Notes: generated from the letters alone by a model not told the origin. A stretch of DNA of 64,000 nt from Callorhinchus milii (GCF_018977255.1 NW_024704743.1:102116001-102180000), one strand, 5' to 3'. Numbered from the stretch's first letter, positions 13,636 through 27,589 are shown. Translations and numbers: made by a program.

Positions 13636-16024
13636 AGATTTATTCAGTATATCATTTATATACCGGTGCAATTAATTAGCTGCATCATATAAGAACTCAA
13701 ATTGATGAAAGCTGTAAAATCTAACCTTTGTTTTATTACTTTAATGCTAGATAGAGAGATGTTCATTTAATGCAAATTGATAGGAGACATTGGAAGGTTA
13801 TGCAATTTCTATGGTTGTAAATATCCTTCTCGACAACCGTTTCAAATTAATTCATAGTTTGATGTCCAAAACATTTTACCCTCTAAGGTGATTGAAGAAC
13901 ATTTAATTGAGGTCAATAAAATCTCCATCTGATTACATAAGTATTTTTATTGGCCTTTGCAATGAATTTAATGAATTTCAAAATGATATTTCTGATAGTC
14001 TAGACAATAAATCTGTCCAGTGTTTTTTTCCACTGTGATCTATACTTGTGATACAACTTTATATGTATGGTTGACTTGAACTACGACTCAAAAACATAAT
14101 AATTATTTATTAACTTCATCAAGGTTCATTGTCTTTAAGTTGTTACAATTATAATGGGGATAAATTTGAGGTCTATTTGTTATTTATCAACTTCAATGGG
14201 CCCATAGTGAACCCCTTGCTCTGGGGTCCTTTAACAATTATAGTAATAATCCTTGCTTTTGATATAGTGCCTTATCATGGTGTCAAAACATTTCAAAGTG
14301 CTTCACAGAAATTTAATTTTAAAGTGCAGTAACTGTGTTTATGTAGGTGAACATGGCAGCCACTTTGTACAATGCAAAGTCCCCCAATGACTGCCTCAAC
14401 CAGGGAGAAGATTAATTTAGCTACTTCCAGCTCCATGTGCAGAGCAATAAACTATAATTAACTGCAGTTAGCTATCAATTTTATTTTTAGCCCATTATTA
14501 TTGTTATTTATTATCCTGCTTGTGGACTATGCCACTGTGTGTAACAGTTGAGAAATAAATATTATTAATGAATGGAGAGCTTTTGTTTTCTTAGTTACTA
14601 AGCGCAGGTTGTACCTTATATGTGTTTAATGGGAAAAATAATATTTATGCCTGTGGTTAATTTTAACAGCAGTGGTGCACATAGAAAAAAGATTCAAGGC
14701 AAGATCTTGACTCCCTGCATAATATGATATAGTTTTCCAGGAACATGCAATGTTAAATTCATCTGAGGCAGAATAATTTTAAGATAACAATTTTCATTTA
14801 TTTGGTCCATTTAACATAACAGAACATCTAAGAACTTCAACCAGCTGAATGGCAGAGGAAAGGGTGTCAAATTGCAGTTGAAAAGATAGATGGGAAGGGA
14901 GTGAGGCAAAGGGACTCTGGGATATAGTTCCAATTCCAGTAAATGAAGACAGAATAGCAGATTCAGTGCTGATTGAGGTAAGGGATGTTGAGTTATTATA
15001 CCCAATCCCTAGTGAAAACCTCAAAATGTGTTGCGTGTAAAATGTACCCTAATAATCTGTTTATATTACCCCTACAACAAATCTCAATTTTTGCTTCAGA
15101 AGAGTAATCATATTTATACGAATGTAAAGTTTTTTCTGTACGTTTTTATGATCTCCTTGAGTGCAATTGCTTAATTTAGTGTCCATTATACAGTTAAATT
15201 ATGGATAGTGCTGTGGTTCTTGGCTGCATCCACTTTGGGCTGGGAATTCCTACAATCACCAATGTGCTTCATCCTGTCAATCTTGTCCACTTTCCAGAAG
15301 AGAAATAACACAATTCTGTGTCTCTGTACTGATCAGACTTTCTCCTTCCATGGGTTCAAAATTGTGATATTCCTCATTGTGGTTTTGCCTTTTTAATCAA
15401 AACACTTTAATCTTTCTTATTTAGGAATGATGTTAAGCTTGTGTTTTAGGGCTTGAAATTGATCTTCACTGAGCTGAATTCCAATATGTGGCACTCTGAG
15501 CTTTTCAGCCTGGATTGAGCATAACCATTCTTCAGAATAATAATGGGGCGGGCGGTGTCTCCAAACACATGTAATGTACTTTCCTTGGGTTTAGGAGTAC
15601 CTAAATATTGACCCCAACATTTTAAATAATTTTGCCACTTAACCCTTTCGACCACGCCCTATCCGTCACATAATTAAATATTTCCCATTGTGGGTCCTTG
15701 GTTTACTCTTTAACCTCTAATTCCCATTCATCTGAGCTTCTTTCTATTTTGTTGCTTATTGATCATTAAGTTATTAATTTTGAGGTTTTGCTCTTTCATG
15801 TGGAACTGGTTTCCTTCTATAATTTTTTTATTCATATAGTAAGGACAAAACAATAATTATAAAGGAGATTTGTCAGTCTATAAGGAACTTTGAGCTTTAT
15901 TAGATCGTATTGAATTGTGCAACCTGACGAATTCCAATGTATATCCTATAGCTATGAGGCAGTATATTTTCTTTTAATTTTCCAAACATTTTGCTATGAT
16001 GAGCTGCTGCATGAAGGAGTTGCT

Positions 16025-16290
16025 AAAGGTCTTCACACTAACCTTTAAATCCCTTCATGGTCTTGTCCCAACCTACCTCTGCAACCTCCTCCAACCTGAC
16101 CAACCTGACCACGTCCTCCACTGGCTTCATGTTCCCCACTCCACCATCACCATTCAAGTTTTCAGTGTATCTAGCATCATTTTCTGAAACTCCATCCCAC
16201 AGCCTCTTCCCTGTCTCTTCCATTGTCCCTTCCCACCTTCAAGGTCTGCCTCAAGACTTTCTTCTTTGACCTGTGCTCGGCCATCTCCCA
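16025..16290 (+). mobile_element. L2 LINE 3' fragment, old
   Basis: LTFKSLHGLVPTYLCNLLQP in ORF 15996..16187. Confidence 0.8.
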
Positions 16291-16377
16291 TATGATAATT
16301 AGCACCAATGATAATTAGCTCACTACACAATTTTCATTTTTTTTGTCTCATACATGTACACACTGCACATCTAAATA

Positions 16378-16778
16378 TGTCAGCCTGGCTCAGTTGGAAT
16401 TACACTTGCCTCTGAGCCAAAAGGTTCTAGGTTAAAGCCCCACAAAAGGCATTCAAACTCAGAGTCCTAACAGTTACTCCAATGCAGTGCTGGAGGTGTA
16501 TTGCATTGTTGGTGGTGCTGTCCTTCAGATGAAATGTTAAACATTGGACAAAGTCCTTTCTGCCTATTCAGGTTGATGTTAAAGATCCCAAGGCACTACT
16601 CAAAGTTTCTCCTTGACCCAGATTAAAAATTGTCATTCAGTTCATTGGTGGGATTGGAATAGGCTTCCTCGTTCACCAACAAATACACAATCACTCCACT
16701 TCACAGTGAATCCTGTGAAGTGATTTGATAGTTCCTCCCGATGTGAAAAGCGCTATGTCGAAAGCAAGCATTATTATT
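16378..16778 (+). mobile_element. SacSINE1-like SINE, near full length
   Basis: tgtcagcctggctcagttgg head; ttcagatgaaatgttaaac...aaagatcccaaggcactactc body; tail gtgaaaagcgctat. Confidence 0.85.
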
Positions 16779-17737
16779 TATTGCAACATATATCCCGGTG
16801 TACTGCATTGAAAGCTATCTATTATTTGCACAAAGTGCAAAATTCTAAAGTTGACAACTTTGACTTTCAGCTTCACCATAAAGTTAATCTTAACATTTCT
16901 ATGCAGCATCATACCGTATTAGACTAGGATACAGGTAAGTTTGAGTTGTCAAATATTGCAGTTGATCAGTTATATAGACTAAGCTAGAATATGTACAAGA
17001 TGTATAATTAGCCATATATCAGATTCAGTATAGTTACTTGTCAGTTTAAATTTTATTCTCTGTGAATTATTTCTTTGTGGCTTTAGGTATTTACATATTA
17101 ATGGTATTTAGGATGTCACATTAAAATAATATATGTAAAATATGGGACTAATACACTGTCATAGAAATGAAAATCAATAACAACAAATTATTTTAAACTG
17201 ATTAGAATATTTAAAACATCAAAATGTGTGTATTACTTTTCATATTAAGAAACTTACTTAAGATGTACCTCCTCTTTCAGTCATCTACCCCTCTCCAGCA
17301 CCCAACACCTAGTTTGGCAGCGTGTAGCATTTTGTGTCATCCCCCTGACATGATAGGTGCTTTTTAAATGTAAATTCTATTGTAAGGAATGTGTTCAGGG
17401 AAGAAGGCTATTATGTCACCTGCCGGGGCATGATTTGTACTGAAAGCAGGTCACAACATCATTCAAAATCAGTGATACAGGCAAGGGAGAATGTTTATGG
17501 GATGCAGATAGTTTTGAACTATTGTACATCAAAGGAATGTGGCTCGCTGCTATTGAATGGTGTAAGACCACAACCAATTAACCCATTCACTGGTCTGTTG
17601 AATGGGTGCTGCTGCACAACAGATATTCTCTGCTGATATTTTCTACTAATATGTTATGGGTATTGAACTCGCAACAGAAGAACATCATCCACAGTTCCCA
17701 TGTAGTGAGGGTGGACTAAATATAAAATAATCAGTAG

Positions 17738-17992
17738 CTAATCTAAATGGAAATTTAGGAAGAAGTTCTCTATGCAGAAAGTGCTGAGAATGTGGAACTC
17801 ACTGCCAGAAGCAATGTCTGAATTAAACTGCATCAACATACTTAAGAGAAAATTGCTGCATACATAAGGGAGAAGGGAACAGAGGGTTGTAGATAGAGGG
17901 AAATAGGAAGGGTGGATGTTTGTGTGGAGTGTAAGTACTGACATGGACTATATGGGCTGAATGGGTCTGTTTCCATGTTGCAAAGTCCTATG
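17738..17992 (+). mobile_element. CR1 LINE 3' end
   Basis: aggaagaagttctctatgcagaaagtgctgagaatgtggaactcactgcc (RKKFSMQKVLRMWNSLP) plus tail gggctgaatggg. Confidence 0.85.
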
Positions 17993-18939
17993 TCATTTTG
18001 TTGATCTATGTATAGGTTTGTGATAGGGTTAAATTTGGGAAATACATTTGTGGTGCAAAGTAGAGTACAATGCAAAAATAATGTATTTATAATGTCATAA
18101 ATAACTGACGTAAACTAAAAGCTCTGACCAGTTCTTCTGTTATCCTAGAATAATCTTTGAATAATTTACAGATGCTTTGCATTGAATTTTCAATGTGTGC
18201 AAGTTCTTGGGGAAGAAATGTCACCAAACGTTAAAGTGGCTGATTCTGATTGGCATGCTGGGAACCTCGTTCATCGATGTGATCTGGGCATAAAAGCAGG
18301 ATTTAGCACCAAGCGTGGGATAGCGAATAATTATCTCTATTGGACTTGTCATCGGATAAGAGAGAGAAAATCAGGGTTGATGATTGTTACACAGCAACAA
18401 AGGACACTTATTAACATTCCATTATTTGGTTCCAAGGTTTCAGCTCTGCGCTGATTGTTTGAATCAGAAATTATATATAAATTGTGATAGATTACAGTCT
18501 ATATTTATGAGACAATACTTAAAATGAAAATGGGTTTATTTTCTTATTATCCCATCGACTTCATCTAAGTATTAAGCTACATAACTGAGCTGCTGCCTCC
18601 TGAATATGAAACAGAATCTGCAATTCATATCAATCAACTTGTCATTTATGAACTAAGTTTGACCATATCGGTAATTTAATCATATTTCACGCAAGTTTTT
18701 GGTTGCCCTCGAACATTTCCTTCCTCTTTCTCTCTCTCTCTGAAGATTCACAACATTAACCTTTTGTTCCTGAATCAGGTGAGTTTCATGGTGATTTGCA
18801 AACATGTTGATGCCACAGTTATAACAGAAATATGATAATTAGGGAAGAAGTTAAAATCATAAGGGACCCAAATCAAGCAGTTTTTTTTAACAGGAACATC
18901 TACCACACACCTTGAGCTACAGGATTTTTGTTTTAGTGA

Positions 18940-19290
18940 GGCTGAGGTTCCAGAAAAGCTCAAAGAACTAAAAACTGACTATTCCCCTGAAAACCACAAA
19001 AGCAAAACATACTTAGAGAGTCAAGGCAGGAGGTTTGCGTAGCTCAGGAAAGGAGACAGAATCATAGCTGGCAAACTACAGCCCAATTAGCCTGATCTCA
19101 ATAATTATAAAATGGACAGTCAGTCATCAGAAAGAAAATGTAACCAACCTCATTGATTTTTTTTGAGGATATCCCAATTTAATTGTGGGAAGCCATACTA
19201 TATCTACTCTTCAAAAAGTCCTTTGATAAATTTGCAATGAGAAAAAACCTATCCAAATTTCACTTTATTATAGGGAAAGTACAGTCAGCT
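18940..19290 (+). mobile_element. CR1 RT fragment, heavily decayed
   Basis: Residual motifs ANYSPISLIS, TNLIDFFE and KSFDK across frameshifts. Confidence 0.6.
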
Positions 19291-19429
19291 AAATGTAATC
19301 CTAAATACTAAAGAAGGCTTAACTGAACATTTACTGAATATTTGGCTTACATTCACCCGTTGTTAAATTGCTTTATGTTAGAGGCAAACTGCAAGAGACA
19401 CTTTAGATAGAACTTGCCCTCAGTTGAGC

Positions 19430-19640
19430 TGTGGAAATTTGCAGCAGATAAGAAGGCCATCACGTCTGCCGGTGCTTTTAAATGTAATTCTTTCAGTTCC
19501 ATTTGCCATACTTTTTTAGGTATTTATCTAGTTACCTTTTGAAAGCTAATATTGATTCTGCCTCAACCATCGCTCCTAGCAGAACATTCCACATCCTGCT
19601 CAATGCATATTAAAATATTCTCCTCCGCTCCTCTTTTACT
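19430..19640 (-). mobile_element. CR1 LINE 3' end, degenerate
   Basis: Similar to 7800-8075 (tatttatctagttaccttttgaaa, cagaacattccacatcc). Confidence 0.65.
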
Positions 19641-19768
19641 TTAACATTAAGTGGCTCTGCTTCAGCAATATCATGAATGGGAAGTGTTGGGTTCATATCT
19701 CAGGTGTTGTGGCAAATTAGAACTTGCAATATAAATTCAAGTTGTTGCTGTTGTGGCAGGTCAAGACA

Positions 19769-20087
19769 TAATAATAATAATAATAATCCTTGCATTTGAT
19801 ATAGCGCTTTTCACGTCGGGAGGACGTCCCAAAGCGCTTCACAGAACACACTGTAAAGTGAATTGACTGTATATTTGTGGGCGAACGCGGCAGCCAATTG
19901 CGCACAGCAATGTCCCACAAACAGTCGTAGATTGAAAATGACCAATTTTATTATTGTTTTTGGTTTTGGAGGGATTATTATTAGGCATGTGGAGTAAGGA
20001 AACTTGCCCAAGGTTTCGCCATGCCTGGAATTGAACTCAGGTCTCTAGCTTGCAAAGCGAGTGCTCAACCACTGAGCTACAGGACTC
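19769..20087 (-). mobile_element. Young full-length tRNA-Ala SINE with 7-bp TSD
   Basis: Pol III A/B boxes, TGC anticodon loop, (TTA)n tail; gacataa at 19765-19771 and 20088-20094. Confidence 0.97.
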
Positions 20088-21040
20088 GACATAAGCTTAT
20101 GCCAAAGTGTAATGTTCTTGTAAATTAACAAATTCCTCTGCATGGTACCAGAACACTTAAATGGATCCATATTAGCACAAACACAAATGTTTTGACGTCA
20201 AACAGTTATTACAAAAAATTGTGATTGAACCTTTTGTGATTCATTGCTTTGCACTGTTGTGTTTATCACTATTCAAATTATGTATTGCCCATATTCATAA
20301 ACGTGAAATTAAAATGTAGTTTATTTTTGAGGCCCGTAGACTCATTGAAGTAGCATGGAAATGTTATGTTTAAAAGTTTTAAAAAAAAGAAGCATTTTAT
20401 ATCTGGTTGTAGAAAAAAATGTGCAAATGGCTTATGAATGAGGAAAGTTAACTTAGGTACTGATGAACGAGCTTTGACAACTACTTACGCCAGGAACAGT
20501 CAGGTCAGGGTATGTATCATGGGATGGCTAGCACACCTCCTCGAAATCAGCTCTGATGTTCAGTTTTGAACGGTATCATGGCGAGCTGCTATGCACTGTT
20601 TAGCATGTTTGCCACTTTCATCTGAAGATGATATGCTACAACAACGCATATCTGAAACACTCTCTATATAATTTAAGGACATTGTGACTGGGACAGATCA
20701 GATTCTTGTTTATTTTATCTGAAGATCAATGTGATAAGCTAGAAATTCCTTAATACTTCACATTTAAACAGTGTCCTAAAGCATTGCCTTGTTTGACTTA
20801 CCCTGCATGCAAGTACAGGATTTATTTTCTGCACAAAGAGATTCTGAGATTGCAGAGTTACTTTAAATGTTGCCTCAGAATGGTACAACGGTTGCCCTGA
20901 AGTTGATCTGATAACTTCTCTGTCACCATTGTTCAAAGTATACCATTTACCTCAATCTGAGTTCAGCCAATATCATGTTATCCTGTCAAGTGACACTCCT
21001 GAGTCGGTGAAAGCAATAGCTTGATGTTTTGGATATGCTT

Positions 21041-22487
21041 AATAATAATACTTACATTTGATATAGTGCCTGGCGGAAGGACGTCTCAAGATTCTTCAGA
21101 GGATTTACTGTGAAGTTTAGTGACTGTAATTTACTAGGTAGATGCAGCCAATTTGAGTACAGCAATGAACACACACCCACACCCCTCAAAAAAAAACACA
21201 AAACAAACACTGTATTGGAGTGTCAGCCTAGACTGTGTGAGTTGAGAGTCTCACCAACAGGAACTTGCATTTATATAGTGCCCTCCATGCCAGTCAACGT
21301 CTCAGAATGCTTATCAATGGCAGAGCCCGAGGCCAAACCAGGGGGAGGGGGAAGGTGACTGTAGGCACGATCGAAGAGGTGAAGGGGTTGAGGGAGGGAG
21401 TTTCAAAGTTTCGGGGCCTAATGGCTGAAGGCACGGCCACCAATGGTGGAGCAGAGGATTCGGGGGACATGAAGGAGGCCGGACCCGGTAGAGCGAAGGC
21501 AGTGGGTACTGCTGTGGGGAGAGAGGTTAGAGAAATAGGGGGGGTGCCAAGGAATGGAGAGATTTAAACACTAGAGTGAGAATTTTGAAGCCGATCCGCT
21601 CTGTGACAGGGAGTCAGTGGAGTTTGACAAGCACTGGAGTAATCGGGGTACAAAGTTTGGTGCGGGTGAGAATGCGGGTGGCGGAGTTTTGAATGAGCTG
21701 AATTTTGTGAATAGTGGAGGAGGCGAGACTGGTGAGGAGGGCATTAGAGTAGCCCAGCCGAGGTGACAAAGGCATGGACAAGGGTTTTGGTAGCTTTTGG
21801 GGTGAGGTATTGTCAGAGACGGGCAATTTGGCGGAGGTGGAAGAAAGCGGTGCTGGTCAAGGATGTGGGGCAGGAAGGATAACTGGGGATCGAACCTGAT
21901 GCTTAAGTTGTGCACGGGTTCAGAGAGTTTTAAGGACAGGTCAGGTAGTTTGAGGAGGTCGGAACATGGGACAGAAGATGTCAGTGGAAGCCAAAGAGTA
22001 TGGCTTCCGTCTTGTTGACGTTTAACTGCAGAAAATTTCAACTCATCCAGCTCTTGATGTCCGACAGACAAGCTGACAGAGCATCAGGGGACTGGGGGTT
22101 GCAGCTGGAGGTGGAAAAGTAGAGTTGAGTGTCATCTGCGTACATGTGGAAGTTCTGCGGATCACATCACTGAGAGGGAGCATATAGATGAGGAAGAGAA
22201 GGGGACCAAGATGGATCCTTGGGGTACCCGAAGTGAGAAGAAAAGCCATTTGCAGAAATATAGTGCTGGCGGTTTGTAAGGTACAACTTGAACTAAGTGA
22301 GTGCAGTCCCACTGAGGTGGATGATGGAGGGCAGGCAGTGGAGGAGGATGGCATGATCAACTGTGTCGAACACGGCGGTGAGGTCCAAAAGGACAAGGAG
22401 GCAGATAGAGAGGATATCAAAATGGGGCTTGAATCCTTAACCTCCTGACCAAGAAGCACAAGTGCTACTGACTGAGCCAGGCTGACA
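21041..22487 (-). mobile_element. SacSINE1-like SINE split by an L2 insertion
   Basis: Tail and body 21041-21250; head 22423-22487 (gtgctactgactgagccaggctgaca). Confidence 0.75.
21251..22422 (-). mobile_element. L2 LINE, older subfamily, 5' truncated
   Basis: LGPLLFLIYMLPL, RLGYSNALL, IQNSATRILTRT in minus ORFs; tail aacttgcatttatatagtgcc. Confidence 0.93.
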
Positions 22488-22639
22488 CCTTCGTGCAACT
22501 ATTGTGATGATAGTGGGGAAAGGGGTAGCGTGACACACACAGCATTCTGAAGTAATCAACTAGAAGTTCTGTTGATATCTAAACAGATTGATAACATATT
22601 AAAGCTGTTATAAAACATTAATATTTTCACACTGTTTCA

Positions 22640-23004
22640 TAATAATCCTTGCATTTGATATAGTGCTTTTCATGTCGGGAGGACGTCCCAAAGCGCTTCA
22701 CAGAATATACTGTAAAGTGAATTGACTGTATATTTGTGGGCGAAACGTGGCAGCCAATTGTGCACAGCAGTGTCCCACAAACACTCGTGGATTGAAGTGA
22801 CCAAATTTTTATTGTTTTTCCTGAGGGATTATTAAGCCTGGAAAAGCGATCTGCCAATCGACAAACAACTGGGTTCTTACTTATGGCTAGGTAAACAGAG
22901 GCATGTGGAGTAAGGAACTTGACCAAGGTTTTGTCCTGCTGGGAATCAAACCCAGGTCTCTCGCTTGCGAGATGAGAGCTCTAACCACTAAGTTACAGGA
23001 CTCC
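22640..23004 (-). mobile_element. tRNA-Ala SINE, long form with extra ~70-bp segment
   Basis: Contains ctgtttacctagccataagtaagaacccagttgtttgtcgattggcagatcgcttttccagg, absent from the young copies. Confidence 0.92.
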
Positions 23005-23887
23005 ACAATATCAGTATTCCTTTTGAAAGTGATGCTCAGACAGAACAGTGAGTATCAATTAAAATACCACAGAAATGCATGTATAAATGTTTTGAACTTA
23101 TCCTCAAATTACACATTGAAAACTCACAAAGATTTTCTTTAATTATTTTTGACTCAAATCTACATACACCCGTGCACATTCATTGCTTTCTTGCCATTGC
23201 TTTGTGAGCTGTAACAGATGTGCGTTTTGAAGTAAATCGGATTTATTTTGAAGTTGCTTCAGAGGGAACAGCAGAGTAAAGTACATTAAAACAAATCACA
23301 GTCAGTTTTTCTACTCCTGCACTGTGACAGGAACTCACACCATCAGGTCAGGAACATAAACATTACTCCCACAGAACTACTCCAGCAGCCTAGTAAACCA
23401 TTTGTCAAAGCTATAAAACAGATTGCATTCAGAAATACGGCAAGTTCTCTTATTGCCTCTGCTGAACAGCAACAAAAGTGTTCCCTTAACTTGTAGGGTA
23501 CGGAATTTGATGTCTGACCAAGGATAGGGAAGCATGTTATCCTGGAGTCTAAAATCCAATATTCTCTAACTGGAATTATTGTGTTCATTTTGACATGAGA
23601 TGTGCAAAATGGTGAATCCCAAACTGGCGAAGCCTGAAATCGGTCGGCAAGCAAAATACCAACAGTAACAACCACATTAAACTACGCATTCCATGTACAG
23701 ATTCACATATTTCAATGCAATTGTTAATTTCACCAGCTTGTTGTCAAAATGATAGTGTACATTACAATTTTAGTCAATTTGAGGTTCTGATGCGGTGCAT
23801 GATATGCCTGAGAGTACTGGGCGGTCTTAATCTAGTGAATTTAAAAGGCAAAATTGTTCCAATTTTGGGGGGGATGGTGTGGTGGGG

Positions 23888-24195
23888 GTCAGTCAAGTGT
23901 TTGACACATGCAGAAACCCATCTTTATGCTTAAGAGCATCCAAACTAAACTGAGAATTCCATGCATCCCACCTACACATGGAAATCTCAGAGATTGTTTG
24001 TTGGAATGGAATGTGCACTCTCTCCATGAGGGATGCATTCTGTTTACCTAATCCCAGAAAATATTAGGCTCAGGTTTGCTAGAGCCAAGGCTTAGGGATC
24101 CCAAAATGTGCATTGGGATACTGCTGGAGTCTAACCAGCTAAAACTGCATAGTTTGCCAGTGATTTTGCCGCCTGGCAAGTTTTCCCTCTGCTTG
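23888..24195 (-). repeat. Unclassified repeat family X
   Basis: gtgtttgacacatgcagaaacccatc...cccacctacacatggaaat...gccaaggctt...ctggcaagtttt. Confidence 0.82.
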
Positions 24196-24214
24196 TAATT
24201 CACCTCTCAATTAC

Positions 24215-24408
24215 TAATAATTAAACAATAATAAATTGATCATTTTCAATCCACTACTGTTTGCAGGACACTGCTGTGCGCAATTGGCTGCCGCGTTTCG
24301 TCCACAAATATATGGTCAATTCACTTTACAGTCTATTCTGTGAAGCGCTTTGAGACGTTGTGTAGATGTGAAAAGTGCTATATCAAATGCAAGGATTATT
24401 ATTATAAT
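24215..24408 (+). mobile_element. tRNA-Ala SINE, headless
   Basis: ctgctgtgcgcaattggctgccgcgtttcg...aaatgcaaggattattatt. Confidence 0.9.
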
Positions 24409-27189
24409 CTCAATTCTAAGGGCTGAGGAGTAGCTATTGTTGGAATGGCAAGTATCTCACCAGTAAAGTGGAAGGTGCTTCTTGAAGCTGGTGTTGAGGG
24501 CACTTTGAAGGCAGAGAAGAGGGAGCTTTGCTTGTGTTTAATCATTCTATGCCTGGCCTACCAGCCCTTGGAGTGCTTGGTGCTGACTGCATCTCATTTC
24601 CTAGCATTAAGAACCCTTATACCATGATAAGCATAACATATCACACACAAAATAAAATAACCTATTACTTGGTAAATTACCTCTGTAATAAATCAGTTCT
24701 ATTAAGACAGCAAAGGGTTTATTTAAAACAAATCACCGGGCTGCTTCACGTATCTAAATCCAAATTGAAATATTTTCTTCATAAGATGTGGTTCATTATT
24801 ACATTTTTATCATTAAGTGTTCTTCTTACCGATTGCACCTACCATAATGAACATTATTACATTTCCTTAATGGGAAAATAATATTGGCATCCATGATTGT
24901 TATTTTGACTTTGGAAAGCGATGCAGTATATTTTATAGGTAACATCAGCTTTGTTACATGTGCATCTTTGTATTTCTGCCAAAGGAAGACAAGTTAGATG
25001 CTGTGAGGGATGTGGTGAACTGCAGATCTGAAGTTCCATCCAAAAAGAGAAGTGCTCAATAATAAAGAAGAACTGGCTTTGAAAATGCAATCAAATTCTT
25101 GAACTTTAATAATATTCCCTGCATTTGAGATATCCTTTGAATATTTGATTTTCCCAATGTGAAAGGCACTATATTAATGTAAATTGTACTGTATTGCATT
25201 TGATATCGCGCCTTTCACATCAGGAGGATGTCTAAAAGCACTTCACAGGATTTACTGTAAAATGTAGTGACTGTATTTTGTAGGCAAACTTTGTTTGTGC
25301 CATTGATATGAAAATGTTTTTGGTTTCTTGTCAACAAAGCTTGTTTCTGCCTCAGAATAATGACATTAGGGTTTGGAATTCCACCTCCACCTGTAAAACT
25401 ATTCTGTCTTCCATTTCCTAATCCTTATAGAATCATTAGTTACATGTATAGTGTTAGGTTTGTTTTTCTTTTCTGCGTCAATTATCAAAATCGAGGAACA
25501 AGCTCGTGTTTTTCCAATCCATGGAAAAATAATATGATTATCTACCCATTTGATTTAGTGGCTTATTATGACATCACAAGGTCTCAAAGCTCTCCACAGG
25601 ATTGTACTGTGAAATGTACTATTAGTTTCATTTGGGAGTGAGAAGTATTGGAGTGAAAAATAGGTTTAAGGTATGTTAATTATTACGATCATTGGTTTCA
25701 ACACATCGGTTAATAAACACCTTTGTTAAATAATATTTTGCAAATTTCACTCTGTTATTTCATACTCACTTGAGATTTGATGAGAAGACGTGAATGTGAG
25801 TCTGACCTATTGTATTGTGCCACAAGTAATCCAACCTTCTGACATTTTTCATGTGAATGTGTCACAAAGGAGTGCAGTAAAAGTTTTTATGTTCAAAGTA
25901 TTTGAAAATATAATAATATTTAAAAAAACTCAATTTGTTTGAAGCAGTCTTGTAATTGTAGCTACAAACTGACGTAACTCATTAGTGAAAGACTATTGTG
26001 AACTAATGAAAACCAACAGCTGTGAAAATACACTCGATGGCCAAAACCTTCTGCGTTTTACAGTAAATACCAAACTAGGCAGAAACAAAATATAAACCGT
26101 GAAGATAGGATACATTTATTCTATCAATTATAATAATTGCATATAATTGTTCCGTTGTATTTGCACATATTTGTATGCACGTACATACAAACAAATGCAA
26201 GGATTATTATATTTAAAATAGCAAGGTAAAATGCTTATAGGATACCACTAAACCTTGCAAATGTCTTGTAAATCTTTACAGACATGCATTAGAACCTGGT
26301 TAAAAGGTGGTAGTTAGAGTAGCTAAACTTTCAACTTGTATTGTAATGAAAGTCCATTCAAAAGTGTCCGCCACTCAATGCTTCTATGTGGTGATATTGT
26401 AAGAAGATGTATAGGGCCAGAAGGTATTATTGACTCTATTAGAATAGTTCCGAAGGTCATAACAATTATATCTATGTTTAATGGGCTTTCATTTTGATGC
26501 TGAGGAATGATCATTGACGTAAAGCTTAAAATTTGACATTGTTTTACCTAAATCAATAATTTTAGCCAGTTGAAATCAAAAGATACATTACAATGGTCAA
26601 CACTGTCATATCTAGTTTATCTTCTTAGTTTCCTTAGAGACAAAGGTGCTTATGACAAGCCATCAGTCACCTGCATTGATACAACCGTGAACAAATTATT
26701 TTCCTTTTTTCTGAACGGTGTGCTGAATGAGAAGCACTCATGTAAGATGCTCTCCTGCATCAATGTTACTTTTATTAAACTGCAAACCAACAGGATGCCA
26801 AACTAAAATAAGTTGTGGGTGTGTCATCAATTTGGCTATTAATTTAGCCAGTACAGTTTATGACCACCGTGATATGACATTGGGAGTCAAAAGGATAAAG
26901 AACATGGTAGGTACAAAGAGCTTGAATAGTGTCCTTTCACTTCTAAGACCTGCAGATCTAGTCTATCCTAAACTGATGAGTTGACGTTTTTCTCCCCATT
27001 CTAGCTGCTAGGGGCATATAAGGCAAATTATTTTCAACTGGATTTCCAGTCCTAGTCATAGACATGCTAAATGTGGTTGATGTGGGAAACAGACCTTGCC
27101 AGGAAGGATGGTTGATACCAACAAGGCATTGGACACATGGTAAGGAAAATCTTGATGCAGCAATTGGAAAGCTGACTCGAAGTGAAAAT

Positions 27190-27461
27190 AAAAACATCAT
27201 TGTGCTTAAGAGTATCAAAACCAGTCTGAGAATTCCACATATATATGATATCAACATATCAAAATTTCCCTGTTTCAGGAATGGAATGTGCACGCTGAAG
27301 GTTGCACCCTGGCTTACCAATTTGGAGAGTATGAGACGTAGGTTAGTGAGAGCCACGGCTCGGTGACTCCACAGTGTGTGTTGAGATACTGCTGGAGTTT
27401 AATCAGCTAAAAACGAATAGCTTGTCCTTGAGAGCACTTTCTGGCAAACTTTCTCCTGCTT
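27190..27461 (-). repeat. Unclassified repeat family X
   Basis: gtgcttaagagtatcaaaacc...ggaatggaatgtgcac...gatactgctggagtttaatcagctaaaa. Confidence 0.8.
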
Positions 27462-27589
27462 GGCAGTGACATTTGCATTCTAATAGGAACGAGATCAAAA
27501 AGGACAAGAGTCTTCTTAATTTAAGCCTGTTGATGGTGTAATGGACGTTTGCATTCAATAACATCTTTGGTGCATGTATAAAACATCTT

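Noticed and set aside
18746..18778. Plus-strand 33-nt micro-exon ending CAG|gtgagt
   Set aside because: The acceptor comes from a CT microsatellite, the peptide IHNINLLFLNQ is unrecognised, and such signals are expected by chance.
20488..20625. Minus-strand exon with a gtaagt donor
   Set aside because: All three frames contain stops; no support as coding.
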